A stretch of DNA of 64,000 nucleotides from Chiloscyllium plagiosum. Taxonomy: Eukaryota. Position 1 is the first letter of the stretch. Each line of letters begins with the position of its first letter. The DNA lies in the NCBI RefSeq assembly GCF_004010195.1, contig NC_057750.1, positions 9,682,062-9,746,061 on the forward strand, given 5' to 3'. A program made the position numbers and the translations under genes. Under the pieces are notes generated by a model. It saw only the letters and a program-made list of their open reading frames with translations. It did not search any database and was not told the DNA's origin. This document shows, in pieces, positions 61,621 through 64,000 of the stretch.

Positions 61621-63436
61621 TGTGAAGAAGTGTGCTGTACCTTTAAGAGAGAGTGAATGCTGTTCTGAACTGAGAGCTTATAAGCACCTGTGCATTGGAC
61701 TCGATAGCAGTCTCAGAGGGTACTGAAAATATGTAACATTTGGCTGTGAAATGGATACCTGAGTTTTGGTCGCTGTTTTGACAACAATTCATATTTAACC
61801 AATCAGTTTAAACTATGCTTGGAGAAAGTGAGGACTGCAGATGCTGGGGATCAGAGTCAAAAAGTGTGGGGCTGGAAAAGCACAGCAGGTCAGGCAGCAT
61901 CCGAGGAGCAGGATAGTCGACGTTTCGAGCATAAGCTCTTCATCAAGTGACCTCATCTACTGTGTCCGTTGCTCTCGATGTGGTTTCCTCTATGTTGGGG
62001 AGACAAGACGCCAACCCGCAGAACATTTTCAGAGAACACCTCTGGGACACATGCACGAAGGGGGAGGTGATAGCCTAGTTGAATTATCGCTAGATTCTGG
62101 ATTAAGAGACACAGATAATGTTCTGGGGACCCATGTTCGAATCCTGCCATGGCAGATTGTGGAATTCAATTTAGGGGCAGCACGGTGGCTCAGTGGTTAG
62201 CACTGCTGCCTTGCAGCACCAGGGTCCAAGGTTCGATTCCAGCCTCGGGCGACTGTCTGTGTGGAATTTGTACATTTTCCCCGTGTCTGTGTGGGTTTCC
62301 TCTGGGTGCTCCGGTTTCCTCCCACAATCCAAAGATGTGCAGTTTAGGTTGGATTGGTCGTGCTAAATTGCTCATAGTTTTAGGTGCATTAGTCAGAGGG
62401 GGATGGGTCTAGGTGGGTTACTCTTCGGAGGGTCAGTGTCGACAGGTTGGGCCGAAGGGCCTGTTTCCACACTGTAGGGAATCTAATCTAAACAACCCCA
62501 ATGCCCTGTGGCCGAATGCTCTAACTCCCCCTCCCACTCCACCAAAGGCCTCCTCCACCACCGAACCCTAACCACCCGACGCCTGGAGGAAGAACGCCTC
62601 AAGTTCCGCCTCGGGACCCTCCAACCCCATGGCATCAATGTTGATTTAACCAGTTTCCTCATCTTCCTCCCCCCAAACCTTTATCAAAGATCCAACCCTC
62701 CAACTTGGCACCACCCTCTTGAACTGTCCTAATCTCTCAGCACCCTTCCCCCCCCATTCCTGATGATGGGCTTATGCTCAAAACGTTGACTCTCCTGCTC
62801 CTTGGATGCTACCTGACTGGCTGTGCTTTCCCAGCACCACACATTTTGATTTCAAATTATGCCCCTAGGATATTAAAACCCAATCAAGTTTGAATTTGTT
62901 GTTTGGCCAACATTGAACCAATGTTGGGGGGGTATAAAATGCGGACATTTTGGAAAATTGCTCAGAGAGCACCTGCCGTCGAGAGAGAAACTCGTGGAGA
63001 GCTACCATCTTACTCTCAAAGCAATTAGAAAAAACTCGCTATCGAAGGTACCTCTTCATGTGGGACACACTCGCAGTAAAAAGAAAGAAGACGACCCAGG
63101 GAGATCAGAAGAGTGAAGACACTGAAGAAGACAGCAACTGTGCGATTTTGAAATTAAGTTGATGTAATTTTAATAAGTGGCTTATTGGAACAGCATATTG
63201 TTATAGAGTTGGAGGCAGATGGTAAGCAGTTAAGAGAAAAGGGGGGAGGCTTAGAGTTGCGAATAATTGTTGTTTAATTTTCACTTTTCGAGTTTAAAAA
63301 CCATTGATGCTATTTCCTTTCAATAGTGCAATTGAGGAGTTCTCCGTCACTCATATTATAATAGATTACAAGGTGAGGCGGGTTTTTCTGGGTGTCTGGT
63401 TGAATTAACAGAGGGATGCACTGCCGTGTCGTAACA
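61621..63436 (+). mobile_element. Solo LTR with perfect 4-bp TSD, interrupted by a nested PLE/SINE block (~61820-62850)
   Basis: TGTGA...TAACA termini flanked by GATA (61617-61620, 63437-63440); CCAAT 62918 and TATAAAA 62933. Confidence 0.8.
61820..62850 (+). mobile_element. Neptune-type PLE fragment bounded by inverted family-A ends, itself containing a SINE-B head and an HE1 (62173-62490)
   Basis: DLIYCVRCSRCGFLYVGETRR and RRLEEERLKFRLGTLQPHGIN motifs between inverted terminal sequences. Confidence 0.85.
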
Positions 63437-63736
63437 GATAGCTGTCAACTCGTTCTGATGCTGGTCCTGTTTAAGGTCAGACGCTATAACCTGATGATTC
63501 AGAAAGCCACAGGCCCCTAAATGAACTCACTCTGCTACACAGCTCAACCATAAGCTCCCTGGTTCCACTTCAAAGTCCAGTCCAGGAGCCAGGGTCCTCC
63601 ACAGTTTGGTCCACACACAGTGGAAACAGACCCTTCGGCCCAACCACTCCATGCCGACCATAATCCCAAACATAGCTAGTCCCACCTGCCTGCTCCTGGC
63701 CCATATCCCTCCAAACCTTTCCTATTCATGTACTTA

Positions 63737-64000
63737 CTGTACTCACTGTATACCCATGACTGCGTCGCCAAATACCAGACTAATGCCATTTACAAGTTCA
63801 CTGATAACACCACCATAGTCGGTCACATCTCAGATGGCAACAAAACTGATTACAGACGGGAGGTGGGAGATCTGGAAAAAGAGTGTACTGAGAACAACCT
63901 AGCTCTCAACGCCAGTAAAATCAAGGAACTCATTATTGACTTTCAGCAGGATGTTACTCATACCCCCCTACACATTAACAGCACAGAGGTGGAACGAGAG
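63737..64000 (+). mobile_element. Rex1/Babar-type LINE RT fragment, runs off the window
   Basis: YSLYTHDCVAKYQTNAIYKFTDNTTIVG...NNLALNASKIKELIIDF. Confidence 0.8.

Overview
Eukaryotic (vertebrate) genomic DNA, almost certainly from a shark or other elasmobranch, judged from the very high density of HE1-type V-SINEs and HER1/CR1 LINE fragments. I found no recognisable host gene, rRNA, true tRNA gene or CRISPR array. Most ORF-track entries are transposon remnants or chance frames. The window is an intronic or intergenic mosaic of nested retroelements: CR1/HER1 LINEs (one nearly full-length but fragmented, ~48.8-53.9 kb), Tx1-type and Rex1/Babar-type LINEs, at least four SINE families, solo LTRs with 4-bp target duplications, Penelope-like element (PLE) remnants and two assembly gaps. 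The most notable signal is that several unrelated PLE families end in minimal type-I hammerhead ribozyme motifs (CUGANGA-x-stemII-GAAA-palindromic tetramer). The abundant ~200-bp fold-back repeats are inverted pairs of these ribozyme-bearing ends, with the symmetry axis at the ribozyme. Other leads are a non-autonomous Rex1-tailed element with a YY1 start and an internal minisatellite, a perfect DR5 retinoic-acid response element in unique sequence, a promoter-like island at ~11.7-12.2 kb, local duplications and weak exon candidates. Repeat boundaries were read by eye and are approximate unless a target-site duplication (TSD) is cited. Family names come from motif recognition, not database searches.
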